A stretch of DNA of 64,000 bases. Origin: a bacterium (GTDB lineage: Bacteria > Patescibacteriota > Patescibacteriia > UBA2196). Within the stretch, counting starts at the first letter, position 1; each line of letters starts with the position of its first letter. The translations under genes were made by a program, and so were the position numbers. Location of the stretch: assembly GCA_035387885.1 (NCBI GenBank), contig DAOOOW010000003.1, forward strand, positions 3,498 to 67,497, given 5' to 3'. A model generated the notes under the pieces. The model did not search any database, had not been told where the DNA came from, and was given only the letters and a program-made list of their open reading frames with translations. This document shows positions 26,793-36,015 of this stretch, piece after piece.

Positions 26793-28022
26793 ATGCAACT
26801 CAAGCAGGAAAAACCCAAAATTTTAATTTTTTCTTTAGCTTATTTTCCATTTATTGGTGGTGCGGAAGTCGCGGTAAAAGAAATTATTACACGTTTACCG
26901 GAATTTGAATTTGACATGATTACTTGTAATTTAGATGGACAACAAAAAGCCGAAGAACAAATTAATAATATAAAAATTTATCGAGTTGGCAGAGGAAAAT
27001 TTGCTAAAATATTTTTTCCATTTTTGGCATACAAAAAAGCATGCTCTCTCTTTTGTCATCCCGACGATCCGCCAACCGGCGGACGGGATCCTTATGTTGT
27101 CTCCAGTCTCTTGACTGGAGACGCAATGCACTATCGCTCCAGTCAGGAGACTGGAGCGAACAACTATATTATCTGGTCCATCATGGCCAATCAAGCCGGT
27201 CTAGCTGCTTTATTTTTTAAGAAAAAATTTCCTCAAGTTAAATTTTTATTAACTTTGCAAGAAGGCGATTCTGTTTTTAATATTTGGAAAAAAACTTGGT
27301 ACATGCGCCCGCTTTATAAAGCCATTTATCATTCGGCTGATTGCATTCAAGCTATTAGTAATTTTTTAGCCAAGAGAGCTCTTAAATATGGTTACAAAGG
27401 ACCAATAGAAGTGATACCCAACGGAGTAGATTTAGAAAAATTTAAGTATCTTGAAAAAAATTTGCTTGATAAAAAAGACAAAGTAATTTTGACAGACTCT
27501 CGATTGGTGGAAAAAAATGGTGTGGAATATTTAATTAAAGCCATGATTCTAATTAATATTAAAATTAAATTATTAATTTTAGCTGATGGACCACTGAGAG
27601 AATATTTACAAAAACTGGTTGTTAATTTAAACTTGCAAGACAGAGTTGAATTTTTGGGTTTAATTCCTTATGATAATATTCAAAAATATTATGCCGAGGC
27701 AGATGTTTTTGTGCGGCCGTCATTAACAGAAGGTTTTGGTAATGTTTTTATTCAAGCTATGGCCGCTGGAATTCCAGTTATTGCCACACCAGTTGGCGGT
27801 ATTCCAGATTTTTTGAAAGCAGGGGAGACGGGATGGTTTTGTGAAGTAAAAAATCCACAAAGTATTGCCGAAAAAATAAATTATATTTTAGATGAAAAAA
27901 ATAAAGATGAAGTTGAACGAGTAGTGGCTAATGCCAAAAAGATGGTTGAAGAAAAATATACTTGGGAAATTGTGACTAAAAAAATGAAAAATATTTTTGT
28001 TTCCCTAATTTTTAATTTTTAA
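26793..28022 (+). CDS. GT4 family glycosyltransferase carrying an in-frame insert of about 105 nt
   Basis: C-terminal EGFGNVFIQAMAAGIPVIATPVGG. The insert encodes CHPDDPPTGGRDPYVVSSLLTGDAMHYRSSQETGAN. Confidence 0.8.
   Translation: MQLKQEKPKILIFSLAYFPFIGGAEVAVKEIITRLPEFEFDMITCNLDGQQKAEEQINNIKIYRVGRGKFAKIFFPFLAYKKACSLFCHPDDPPTGGRDPYVVSSLLTGDAMHYRSSQETGANNYIIWSIMANQAGLAALFFKKKFPQVKFLLTLQEGDSVFNIWKKTWYMRPLYKAIYHSADCIQAISNFLAKRALKYGYKGPIEVIPNGVDLEKFKYLEKNLLDKKDKVILTDSRLVEKNGVEYLIKAMILINIKIKLLILADGPLREYLQKLVVNLNLQDRVEFLGLIPYDNIQKYYAEADVFVRPSLTEGFGNVFIQAMAAGIPVIATPVGGIPDFLKAGETGWFCEVKNPQSIAEKINYILDEKNKDEVERVVANAKKMVEEKYTWEIVTKKMKNIFVSLIFNF
27055..27158. repeat. composite GC-rich palindromic insertion (gtcatcc...gggatcc unit plus a family B unit with two hairpins)
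   Basis: 27096-27129 matches 1063-1096 closely. Second hairpin cgctccagtcaggagactggagcg. Confidence 0.65.
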
Positions 28023-28033
28023 TTTTATTTTGT

Positions 28034-28462
28034 ATGTTTCAAAAAATCGGCGATCTATTTTTAAAATTATTTTGGCAGCACCTTACAGAAAAAATTCGGC
28101 AATTTTTTATTTATTGTGTTGGTGGCGGATTGGCTTTTATTATTGATATTTTAGGTTTGTATCTTTTGACCGAATACCTGCACGTTTGGTATTTGTTTTC
28201 TGCCACAATGTCTTTTATTCTGGCCGCCATTTTTAACTATCTTTTTCAAAGATTTATCACTTTTCAATCCACTGACAAAAATATTACTCGGCAATTTATT
28301 TTTTTTGTTATTATCGCTGTTATTGGTCTTTTAATTAATAATACTTTACTATATTTATTGGTAGAATTAGCTGGCGTGTGGTATATTTTTGCCAAAACTC
28401 TTGCCGCGGCCATTGTTTTGGTGTGGAATTTTATAGCTAATAAAAAATTTACTTTTAAATAA
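28034..28462 (+). CDS. GtrA-family membrane protein (polysaccharide synthesis/flippase accessory)
   Basis: Four TM segments, a YCVGGG N-terminal motif and a C-terminal WNFIANKKFTF, all typical of PF04138. Confidence 0.7.
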   Translation: MFQKIGDLFLKLFWQHLTEKIRQFFIYCVGGGLAFIIDILGLYLLTEYLHVWYLFSATMSFILAAIFNYLFQRFITFQSTDKNITRQFIFFVIIAVIGLLINNTLLYLLVELAGVWYIFAKTLAAAIVLVWNFIANKKFTFK

Positions 28463-28476
28463 TTTTTTTCTAGTAT

Positions 28477-29640
28477 ATGACAGTCTTAATTGCTACGGGC
28501 ATTTTTCCTCCCGATATTGGCGGTCCAGCCACTATGCTCCAATCTCTAGCCAAGAGTTTGGTTGAGCGTGGATTTAAAATAAAAATTATTACTTATAGTC
28601 AGGTTTCTAGACATAATTTAGATAATGAATTGGATATTTATCGGGTTAATAAAAATTTGCCTCTTGGATTAAGTAAAATTTTTTATTTTTTAAAACTTTG
28701 GCGTTTATCCAAAAAAGCAGATTTAATTTATGCCGCCGATACATACAGTGTCGGTTATTTTTCTTATCTTTTAAAAAAAATATTTAATAAAAAATATATC
28801 CTTCGCTTTACTGGTGACAGCGCTTGGGAAAATGCTCGTGCTAAAAATTTGCTTCAAGATGATTTGTTAACTTTTCAAAAAACTGTTTATAATTCTGATA
28901 TTGAAAAAATAAAATCGCGTCGCCAAAAAATTTTATTATTTGCTGATAAAATTATTGTTGATTGCGAGTTTAACAAAAAAATAGCCGAAGAGATCGGTGT
29001 TTTAAATAATAAAATTTTTGTTATCTATAACAGTGTAGAAATCCCCACCCACATAAAGAGAGTTGAAGAGAAAACAAAAGAATTTAAACCAAAATATTCC
29101 TCCAATAATGAAAAAATTATTTTGACTTCCTGTCGCTTAACTTCTTGGAAGGGTGTAGATCAAATCATTGAAATTTTACCAGAACTTAAAAAACAGATTG
29201 GTCCTTTAAATTTTTTAATTATGGGTCTTGGTCCGGAAAAAGAAAATTTAGAAAAAATAGCCGAGCAATCTGGTGTTTTAGATGATGTTCGTTTTTTAGG
29301 TATTATTGCTCAAGAACATATTTTTGAATATTATAAAATCGCCGATGTTTTTATTTTAAATTCTCAATACGAAGGCATGTCTAATACTTTGTTAGAAGTT
29401 ATGGCAGCTGATGTGCCAATTATCGCCAGCAATTGTGGAGGTAATCCAGAATTAATTGAAAATAATAAAACTGGAATCTTGGTGAAATATGGTAATAAAA
29501 ATGATTTATTAAAATCGTTGGTCAAATTGTTAATAGATAAAATTTTAGCCAAGGAATTGGCTCAAAACGCCCAACAAAAAGTTCAACAATTTAATTTAGA
29601 TAAAATGATCACTAAAACAATAGATGTAATAAAAAAATAA
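28477..29640 (+). CDS. GT4 family glycosyltransferase
   Basis: GIFPPDIGGPA N-terminal motif and C-terminal EGMSNTLLEVMAADVPIIAS. Confidence 0.8.
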   Translation: MTVLIATGIFPPDIGGPATMLQSLAKSLVERGFKIKIITYSQVSRHNLDNELDIYRVNKNLPLGLSKIFYFLKLWRLSKKADLIYAADTYSVGYFSYLLKKIFNKKYILRFTGDSAWENARAKNLLQDDLLTFQKTVYNSDIEKIKSRRQKILLFADKIIVDCEFNKKIAEEIGVLNNKIFVIYNSVEIPTHIKRVEEKTKEFKPKYSSNNEKIILTSCRLTSWKGVDQIIEILPELKKQIGPLNFLIMGLGPEKENLEKIAEQSGVLDDVRFLGIIAQEHIFEYYKIADVFILNSQYEGMSNTLLEVMAADVPIIASNCGGNPELIENNKTGILVKYGNKNDLLKSLVKLLIDKILAKELAQNAQQKVQQFNLDKMITKTIDVIKK

Positions 29641-29647
29641 ATAAATC

Positions 29648-31099
29648 ATGAAAATACTTTTAATTAACCCACCTTTCAACATTCCCAAAGAAAATTACGA
29701 CAGCTCTGTTTCCGTTGGTCTTTTGTCAATTGCCAGTTTTTTAAAAAGCAATGGAGTTGGTGTTGAAATTATTGATGCTGTACGCCAGAAAGATTTTTTA
29801 AATTTAATTTCTAATCGCGCTAAAGAATATAATTTAATTGGTCTATCAGTTATGACCATGCAAATTAGTGAAGCTTTAAAAATTAGTCAATTAATAAGAA
29901 AAATAAATTCGCAGGCTAAAATTCTTTGGGGCGGTTCGCACCCAACTTTTTTTGTTAAAGAAACTATTGAGCATCCACTTGTGGATTTGGTTTGTTTTGG
30001 TGAAGGAGAAAAAGTTTGTTTAGATTTAATCCAAAATAAACCATTTGAGGAAATTTCAGGCTTAGCCTATAAAACAGAAAATAGCGAAATTAAAATCAAC
30101 CCCCATCAGCCCCTTCTTAAAAGAGAAGAACTGCCGGAATTTAATTGGAATTTGGTACCAGAAGAAATTCTTAATCATCTCTATTTAATTCCCTCACTAA
30201 CTTCCCGAGGTTGTCCACACCGTTGCACATTTTGTATTAATGCCATTTTAAAAAATCACTGGCGCGCCAAAAGTGCAGAACAAGTTTTGCATGATTTAGA
30301 AATAATTAAAAATAGACCAGAATTTCAAAATAAAAAAATTCGTTTTTGGGATGAAAATTTTTTTGTGGATATTGAACGCGCTAAAAAAATAATTTCTGGC
30401 ATGATTGAGAGAAATCTTGTTATGCCTTGGGAAACAACTATTAGAGCTAATTATTTAAATAATGACATGATTGATGATAATTTATTAAAACAAATGAAGA
30501 CTTCGGGTTGTTATTTATTATCTTTTGGAGCTGAATCTGGTTGTCCTAGAATTTTGAAAAAAATTAAAAAAGATGTTGATCCAGAAGAAATTTTAAATTC
30601 TGCTAAAATGGCTTTGCGCCATAATATTATTCCGCAATATTCTTTTATGATTGGTTTGCCAGGCGAAACCAGAAGCGACATGCACGCTACTTTAAAATTA
30701 ATTGATGATTTGCTAAAATTAAGTCCTAAGATTCAAATTTTGGGTCCGCAAGCTTTTCGGCCATATCCGGGTTCAGAATTATATGAAGAATGTTTGCAAG
30801 CTGGCTGGCAGGCGCCAAAAAATTTAGACGACTGGACACATCTAATTGAAAATCAATTAAATTATTTATCTGTTAAAAACTTTCCTTGGGTTGAAGACAA
30901 AGATAAAGATTTTGTGGAATCCATGGAAGCTTATGTACGTTTTGGTGCTCATTCCATTAGCAGTGCTATGGGCTCGAGCGTTAAAGCTAAAAAAAATCTT
31001 AAACTTGGTTTTGTGCTTCTGTGTCAATTACGTTGGAAATTAAAATTTTTTGCTTGGCCAATTGAATTTAAACTCGCGAAAAAATTTGTTAGTGGGTAA
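29648..31099 (+). CDS. B12-binding-domain radical SAM enzyme (class B)
   Basis: N-terminal MKILLINPP...GLSVMT...GGSHPT (B12-binding fold) followed by LTSRGCPHRCTFC (CxxxCxxC). Confidence 0.8.
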   Translation: MKILLINPPFNIPKENYDSSVSVGLLSIASFLKSNGVGVEIIDAVRQKDFLNLISNRAKEYNLIGLSVMTMQISEALKISQLIRKINSQAKILWGGSHPTFFVKETIEHPLVDLVCFGEGEKVCLDLIQNKPFEEISGLAYKTENSEIKINPHQPLLKREELPEFNWNLVPEEILNHLYLIPSLTSRGCPHRCTFCINAILKNHWRAKSAEQVLHDLEIIKNRPEFQNKKIRFWDENFFVDIERAKKIISGMIERNLVMPWETTIRANYLNNDMIDDNLLKQMKTSGCYLLSFGAESGCPRILKKIKKDVDPEEILNSAKMALRHNIIPQYSFMIGLPGETRSDMHATLKLIDDLLKLSPKIQILGPQAFRPYPGSELYEECLQAGWQAPKNLDDWTHLIENQLNYLSVKNFPWVEDKDKDFVESMEAYVRFGAHSISSAMGSSVKAKKNLKLGFVLLCQLRWKLKFFAWPIEFKLAKKFVSG

Positions 31100-31576
31100 A
31101 TTGGGTATTATTAGATTTCTACCTTTAAAGAGGGCAAAAAGGCGACAATAAAACTTAAAATAAAAAAGCCCACCGTGGTGGGCATTAAAAAAATTAGTTC
31201 GACGATTTGGAATCTTCAGGATGTTCTTTAATAGTTTTTGTGACAAGTAAAGACAAAAAAATATTACCAAAAAAAGATAAAATAAAAAGAAATTTCCAGG
31301 TGCGTTTACAAAGACATGAAAACCACAACAAAACCAGATTAAAAAACTGAAAACCATAAGAAGGGCTGTTGACTCATCACATTTTTTATGTATATCAATT
31401 GAATAAAAATTGGCTACCGCAGAAAGAAACCCTACCAAGGAAACAAAAAAGGTTGTTTTGATACCATGTTGTGGTATTTTAACAATATTTATTGCTAAAA
31501 AAATATCAATGACCGCGGAAATAAATGCTACAGCGTAGTAGAAACTAGCTTTTTCTAAGATTTGATTAATTTTCAT
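31040..31576 (-). CDS. hypothetical small membrane protein. 3' extent uncertain.
   Basis: AGGAG RBS 5 nt upstream of the ATG at 31576 and three hydrophobic segments in the first 110 aa. The last 45 codons cross a terminator hairpin and are low-complexity. Confidence 0.35.
   Translation of the reverse strand: MKINQILEKASFYYAVAFISAVIDIFLAINIVKIPQHGIKTTFFVSLVGFLSAVANFYSIDIHKKCDESTALLMVFSFLIWFCCGFHVFVNAPGNFFLFYLFLVIFFCLYLSQKLLKNILKIPNRRTNFFNAHHGGLFYFKFYCRLFALFKGRNLIIPNLPTNKFFREFKFNWPSKKF
31168..31183 (-). terminator. hairpin gcccaccgtggtgggc with the T-run on the minus strand
   Basis: Seen directly. It lies inside the 3' part of track ORF 31040..31576 (-). Confidence 0.45.
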
Positions 31577-31665
31577 TTTTCACTCCTGCTGTGAGTTTTA
31601 AGAGTTTTTAGAATTTATAATCAATTAAGATTAAATTAGCAAATATTTAATAAAATGTCAAGTCT

Positions 31666-32805
31666 ATGAAAATCCTAATGCTTTCCATTGACAAAGGCCT
31701 ACTTGGAAAAAATCCCATGGGCGATGTAATTGAGCGTCATAAAAAATATGGCGAGTTTTGTGAACAACTAGATATCGTTGTGTTTTCTAAGGTGCATTAT
31801 GAAAAACAAAAATTATCAAATAATGTTTTCGTATATTCTACTAATTCCCTAACTCGTTATAATTTTTTCTTTGATGCCTATAAAATTGGTAAAAAATTAT
31901 TTAAAGAAAATTATTACCAATTAATAATAGGAGATTTTTTTTCTGGCTTAAGCGCTTGGTGGCTTAAGAAAAAATTTAAAAGCAAATTATTATTAACTTT
32001 ACACGGTGATTTTTGGCACAACAAGGCTGGTTTACAATCTTTGTGGCATAATTATTTTTTATTGTTTTTTAATAAAATTTTATTAAAAAAAGTTGATAGT
32101 CTTAGAGTGGTTTCTAATAGTTTAAAAAATAAATTAATAAAAATGGGAGTAAATCCAGAAAAAGTTTGGGTCATTCCAGTAGCAGTTGATTGGCAAAAAA
32201 TAAATCAATTTGATCCGCAGATTAAAAAAGAAATAGAAAACAATTTTCCCGGTAAAATTATATTATTTATCGGACGCTTAGATGCAGTGAAAAATTTATC
32301 TTGGTTTTTGGATGTTTTTAAAAAAGTGGCCGAACAATATATTGGATCGGTAAAATTAGTTATAGCCGGTCAAGGTGTGGAAGAAAAAAAATTAAACGCA
32401 AAAGTCCAGCAACTTAATATTGAAGATAGAGTCAAATTTGTTGGGCAAATTCCGCACAATGAATTACCCAACTATTTGGCAGCCTGCAATATTTTGGTTT
32501 TGCCATCTTTATCCGAAAGTTTTGGCAAGGTTTTAATTGAGGCAGGAGCAGCTGGTAAACCAGTTGTGGCCACAATGACAACTGGAGCTAAAGAAATCGT
32601 AGAGAACGGTGTTACGGGCTTTTTAACACCTATTGGTGATGCCGAGGCTATGGCCGAAGCTATTTTAAAACTGTTAAATAATACAGATTTGGCAGAAAAA
32701 ATGGGCGCCCAAGCCAAAGAATATATTAAACAAAATTTTGATGGTAATGTTAATTTGCAAAAAATTAAAGAAATGTGGTCTAAAATAGTTAATGATAAAA
32801 CCTAA
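31666..32805 (+). CDS. GT4 family glycosyltransferase
   Basis: C-terminal ESFGKVLIEAGAAGKPVVAT...GVTG. Confidence 0.8.
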   Translation: MKILMLSIDKGLLGKNPMGDVIERHKKYGEFCEQLDIVVFSKVHYEKQKLSNNVFVYSTNSLTRYNFFFDAYKIGKKLFKENYYQLIIGDFFSGLSAWWLKKKFKSKLLLTLHGDFWHNKAGLQSLWHNYFLLFFNKILLKKVDSLRVVSNSLKNKLIKMGVNPEKVWVIPVAVDWQKINQFDPQIKKEIENNFPGKIILFIGRLDAVKNLSWFLDVFKKVAEQYIGSVKLVIAGQGVEEKKLNAKVQQLNIEDRVKFVGQIPHNELPNYLAACNILVLPSLSESFGKVLIEAGAAGKPVVATMTTGAKEIVENGVTGFLTPIGDAEAMAEAILKLLNNTDLAEKMGAQAKEYIKQNFDGNVNLQKIKEMWSKIVNDKT

Positions 32806-32828
32806 AACCAATCAAACAGGAGGAAAAA

Positions 32829-33020
32829 ATGAATTCAGCGAAAATCGTATCAATTAAAGAGCAAACAAGACTGGCTACATTTAAAGCAGAATTGAAAGAT
32901 GAAATCTTCTTTTCTGCCAATGAAGAAGGTTTTGACCGCTTTTTTTCTAGAGTTAGACGTTTGCTAGATAATCAAGAAAGAGAAGAGAGCCGTAGAAAAC
33001 TTCAGGAGTCTGAAGAATAA
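32829..33020 (+). CDS. hypothetical small charged protein (63 aa)
   Basis: AGGAGG RBS 6 nt upstream. GC elevated. Confidence 0.4.
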   Translation: MNSAKIVSIKEQTRLATFKAELKDEIFFSANEEGFDRFFSRVRRLLDNQEREESRRKLQESEE

Positions 33021-33065
33021 AAAGTGAGTATTAAAATAAACACAACAAACAACAGGGGGTAATTT

Positions 33066-33158
33066 ATGTTGACTGCCCAAGAGCTTCTAGAAGAGAGTTC
33101 TGAAATTTTAGAAGGTATTAATGATCCTGAAGAAAGAAGACTTGTGGAACTGTTGTAG
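33066..33158 (+). CDS. hypothetical acidic micro-ORF (30 aa)
   Basis: GGGGGT RBS. MLTAQELLEESSEILEGINDPEERRLVELL. Below the track cutoff. Confidence 0.2.
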   Translation: MLTAQELLEESSEILEGINDPEERRLVELL

Positions 33159-33185
33159 ATAGAAAAAGTCGATATTATATTAAAA

Positions 33186-33320
33186 ATGCGTCTTGACCAT
33201 ATTGAATCTTGGCCGTCTTTTTTAGACAGACTTGAAAGAATTTTAGAGTTTGCTAAATTGCACAGTTGGACTGCCCTTAAGGAGTATGAAACTAATTTGG
33301 CATTAAAAAAGAAAAAATAA
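33186..33320 (+). CDS. hypothetical micro-ORF (44 aa)
   Basis: MRLDHIESWPSFLDRLERILEFAKLHSWTALKEYETNLALKKKK. Weak RBS. Confidence 0.2.
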   Translation: MRLDHIESWPSFLDRLERILEFAKLHSWTALKEYETNLALKKKK

Positions 33321-33331
33321 GGTAAAAAAAC

Positions 33332-33360
33332 ACCCCGACAAGTCGTCGGGGTTTTGTTTT
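33332..33360. terminator. bidirectional rho-independent terminator (accccgac-aagtc-gtcggggt)
   Basis: GC-rich 8-bp stem with an A-run 5' and a T-run 3'. Confidence 0.7.
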
Positions 33361-33650
33361 TAATGTCCTGAACATTCTTTGCACCTCAAAGAGATCGATT
33401 CAAAATTAATAGGCCCTGTTAAACATTGTTCGCAAAAACCTTGCTGATGGAGCATGTAATTATGATCCAAGTTATACAAAGACACAATGTGAATGGTGTG
33501 CCTTCTGTGCTTGGCTAAATTAATCTGACACGTTCCTGTGCATTCTCCAATTACTTTATACCTTGCGCCATTAATTTTTAGTATTTCTCCATTTTTAGGC
33601 AAGTGATCACATTTCATTTTCAATCTCTCCTGTAATTGTGTTTTAGGCAT
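33360..33650 (-). CDS. Cys/His-rich small protein (96 aa), putative zinc-binding
   Basis: CxxxxxxxC, GECTGTC, HRRHTIH, CEQC and CKEC in sequence. GC about 38-40%. Confidence 0.45.
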   Translation of the reverse strand: MPKTQLQERLKMKCDHLPKNGEILKINGARYKVIGECTGTCQINLAKHRRHTIHIVSLYNLDHNYMLHQQGFCEQCLTGPINFESISLRCKECSGH

Positions 33651-33670
33651 TATTCATCTATAATTAAGAT

Positions 33671-34729
33671 ATGATTTTACTTTTTACCACTCGTAAAGTT
33701 GATAAAAATGACGAAAGAACTGGTTTTGTTTCTGGTTGGCTTTTAGAACTCTCTAAACATTTAAGCAAATTGATTGTAATTTGTCAAGAAAAAGGCGATA
33801 TTTCTGATCTGCCTAAAAATATTGAGGTTTACTCACTAGGCAAAGAAAAAGGCTATAATAAATTAAAACAAATTACTAATTTTCAATTTCTAATGGCTAA
33901 AAAAATAAAAGAGGTTAATGGTATATTTTCTCACATGGTGCCACATTATGCGGTTTTGGCCGGACCATGGTCTAAAATTTATCATAAAAAATTAGTTCAA
34001 TGGTATGTTCACAAAACAGTTTCACCTTGGTTAAAAATGGCTAATATGTTTGTGGATGAATATGTAACCACCAATCCAGAAAGTTTTCAATTAAAAACAA
34101 AAAAACCTATCAATTATTTTGGTCACGGTATTAATGTAAATAAATTTAAACCAATTACCAGTTACCAATTACCAATTACCAGTTTTATTATTCTCTCTAT
34201 TAGCCGCATTTCTCCTAGCAAAAACATTGACCTAATGATTAAAGCAATAGAAAAAATTTTAAATGAAAATCCAGAATTAAAAGATGTAATTCAATTACAA
34301 ATCATTGGCGGACCAGCTTTAAAAGAACAACAAAAATATTATGATTCACTGGCAGATTATATTGTTGAAAATAAATTAACCAATAATATTCAACTTCTTG
34401 GGCCAATGTCGCCAGAAAAAGTTTTGCCATATTATCAAAACTGCGATTTATTTTTAAATTTATCAGAAACTGGTTCAGTAGATAAAGCTGTGCTGGAAGC
34501 TATGGCATGCGAAAAAATAGTTTTAACAAGTAATGTAGCTTTTAAAAATATCGTGCCAGCTCAATTATTTTTAGCCGAAAAAAATATTGATTTACTGGCA
34601 AATAAAACTTTAGAAATATATAATTTATCGCAGGAAGAAAAAGGAAATTTGCAAAAGAAACTCAGACAAGAAATTGTCGATAATCATAATTTAAAAAATC
34701 TCGCACAAAAAATTATTAAGTTGTTTTAA
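33671..34729 (+). CDS. GT4 family glycosyltransferase
   Basis: C-terminal GSVDKAVLEAMACEKIVLTSN. Contains a heptanucleotide repeat at 34151-34185. Confidence 0.75.
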   Translation: MILLFTTRKVDKNDERTGFVSGWLLELSKHLSKLIVICQEKGDISDLPKNIEVYSLGKEKGYNKLKQITNFQFLMAKKIKEVNGIFSHMVPHYAVLAGPWSKIYHKKLVQWYVHKTVSPWLKMANMFVDEYVTTNPESFQLKTKKPINYFGHGINVNKFKPITSYQLPITSFIILSISRISPSKNIDLMIKAIEKILNENPELKDVIQLQIIGGPALKEQQKYYDSLADYIVENKLTNNIQLLGPMSPEKVLPYYQNCDLFLNLSETGSVDKAVLEAMACEKIVLTSNVAFKNIVPAQLFLAEKNIDLLANKTLEIYNLSQEEKGNLQKKLRQEIVDNHNLKNLAQKIIKLF

Positions 34730-34732
34730 AAT

Positions 34733-36013
34733 ATGAAAATTTGCATTATCGCCTATAAATTTGGCACTGAAAAAGAAATTGGGGAACATTTGGGCACTTA
34801 TCATTGGTTTATCGAATTTACCCGCCGTTTGGTTAAAGAAGGCCACGAAGTTGTTGTTGTAGCCCCCTGGATTTCTTTGTTTAAAAAAGGCAGTTTAGAA
34901 GTTAATGGAGTCAAAATTATTCGTTATTGGCCAAAATTTTGGTATCGTTTTTTGGCTTTTCCAATTAATAAAATTTGGCGCGCTATTTACATCTACGCAA
35001 CCAAAAAAAATGTTTTAAAAATATCTCAAAAAATTAAACCTGATATTTTTTTAGTTTGGCAGTCCAGAGAAACCGGTTATGCAATATCTCAAATTAAAGA
35101 AAAATTATCGGCGCCTGTTTTATTTCGTCAAATTGGTGCTTGGGCTTGGCATCTTAATCGTTCGGCTAAAGAGGTTTATGAAAAACGACCCTGGTATCAA
35201 ATTCTAAAAAAAGCTGGCCTTGATAAAATGGCCAATATCATTTTGGAATATTTATTAGATAAAAAAAATCAAAGAAAATTTGCTACAGCCATTTATAAAA
35301 AATTAGATCAAATTATTTTCGTTAGCCAGATTGCCACTTCCGAGGGACTGGCTTTAAATTTAGAAAAAGAAAAAATTGTTGTTCAACCAGTGACCATAGA
35401 AACAGAATTATTCTATCCTTTGGAAGATAAACAAAAAATACGGCAAGAGCTTGGTCTTCGGGGTGATAAAATTTTACTTTTTGTTGGGCGGTTAAATTTT
35501 GCCGAAAAGGGTCTAGGTTATTTATTAGAAGCTTTAAAAATTGCCAAAGAAAAAATTAGTGATTTGCAGTTGGTTATTATTGGCGCTGGCGGTGAACAAG
35601 AAAGAATGTTAAAAATGATTAAAGACCTGTTGTTGGAAAACAATGTGCAATGGGTTGGCAAAAAACCATTCAACGATTTAATAAAATATTTTAATGCCGC
35701 CGATGTTTTTATAATGAGTTCTATTTGGATGGAAACTTTTGGTCAAGTAACAATTGAAGCCATGGCTTGTGGGGTGCCAGTTATTGGTTTTAAAGCTGGG
35801 GCTACACCAGAAATTAATCTCCATGAAATTACTGGTTATAATGTAGAAAGTAAAAATAGTTTTTTAATGGCCGAAGCCATAGTTAAAATTTTTAATGATG
35901 AGGAGAAAAGAAAAAAGATGGGTGAAGCGGCGAGACAAAGAGTTGAAAAAAATTATACTTTTGAGGTTTTAATTAAAGATTTTATTAATTTGGTTAATCA
36001 AATAAAAAAATAA
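34733..36013 (+). CDS. GT4 family glycosyltransferase
   Basis: C-terminal ETFGQVTIEAMACGVPVIGFKAGATPE. Confidence 0.8.
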   Translation: MKICIIAYKFGTEKEIGEHLGTYHWFIEFTRRLVKEGHEVVVVAPWISLFKKGSLEVNGVKIIRYWPKFWYRFLAFPINKIWRAIYIYATKKNVLKISQKIKPDIFLVWQSRETGYAISQIKEKLSAPVLFRQIGAWAWHLNRSAKEVYEKRPWYQILKKAGLDKMANIILEYLLDKKNQRKFATAIYKKLDQIIFVSQIATSEGLALNLEKEKIVVQPVTIETELFYPLEDKQKIRQELGLRGDKILLFVGRLNFAEKGLGYLLEALKIAKEKISDLQLVIIGAGGEQERMLKMIKDLLLENNVQWVGKKPFNDLIKYFNAADVFIMSSIWMETFGQVTIEAMACGVPVIGFKAGATPEINLHEITGYNVESKNSFLMAEAIVKIFNDEEKRKKMGEAARQRVEKNYTFEVLIKDFINLVNQIKK

Positions 36014-36015
36014 AT

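Noticed and set aside
27055-27158. Self-splicing intron or intein inside the GT4 gene
   Set aside because: About 105 nt is far too short for a group I or II intron or an intein. It stays in-frame and belongs to repeat families also found intergenically.
26931-27194. Antisense short ORFs inside glycosyltransferase genes (also 32472..32717, 39816..40194, 41131..41572, 42302..42589 and similar)
   Set aside because: They are embedded antisense in well-supported GT-B genes. They have no RBS and their translations are low-complexity.
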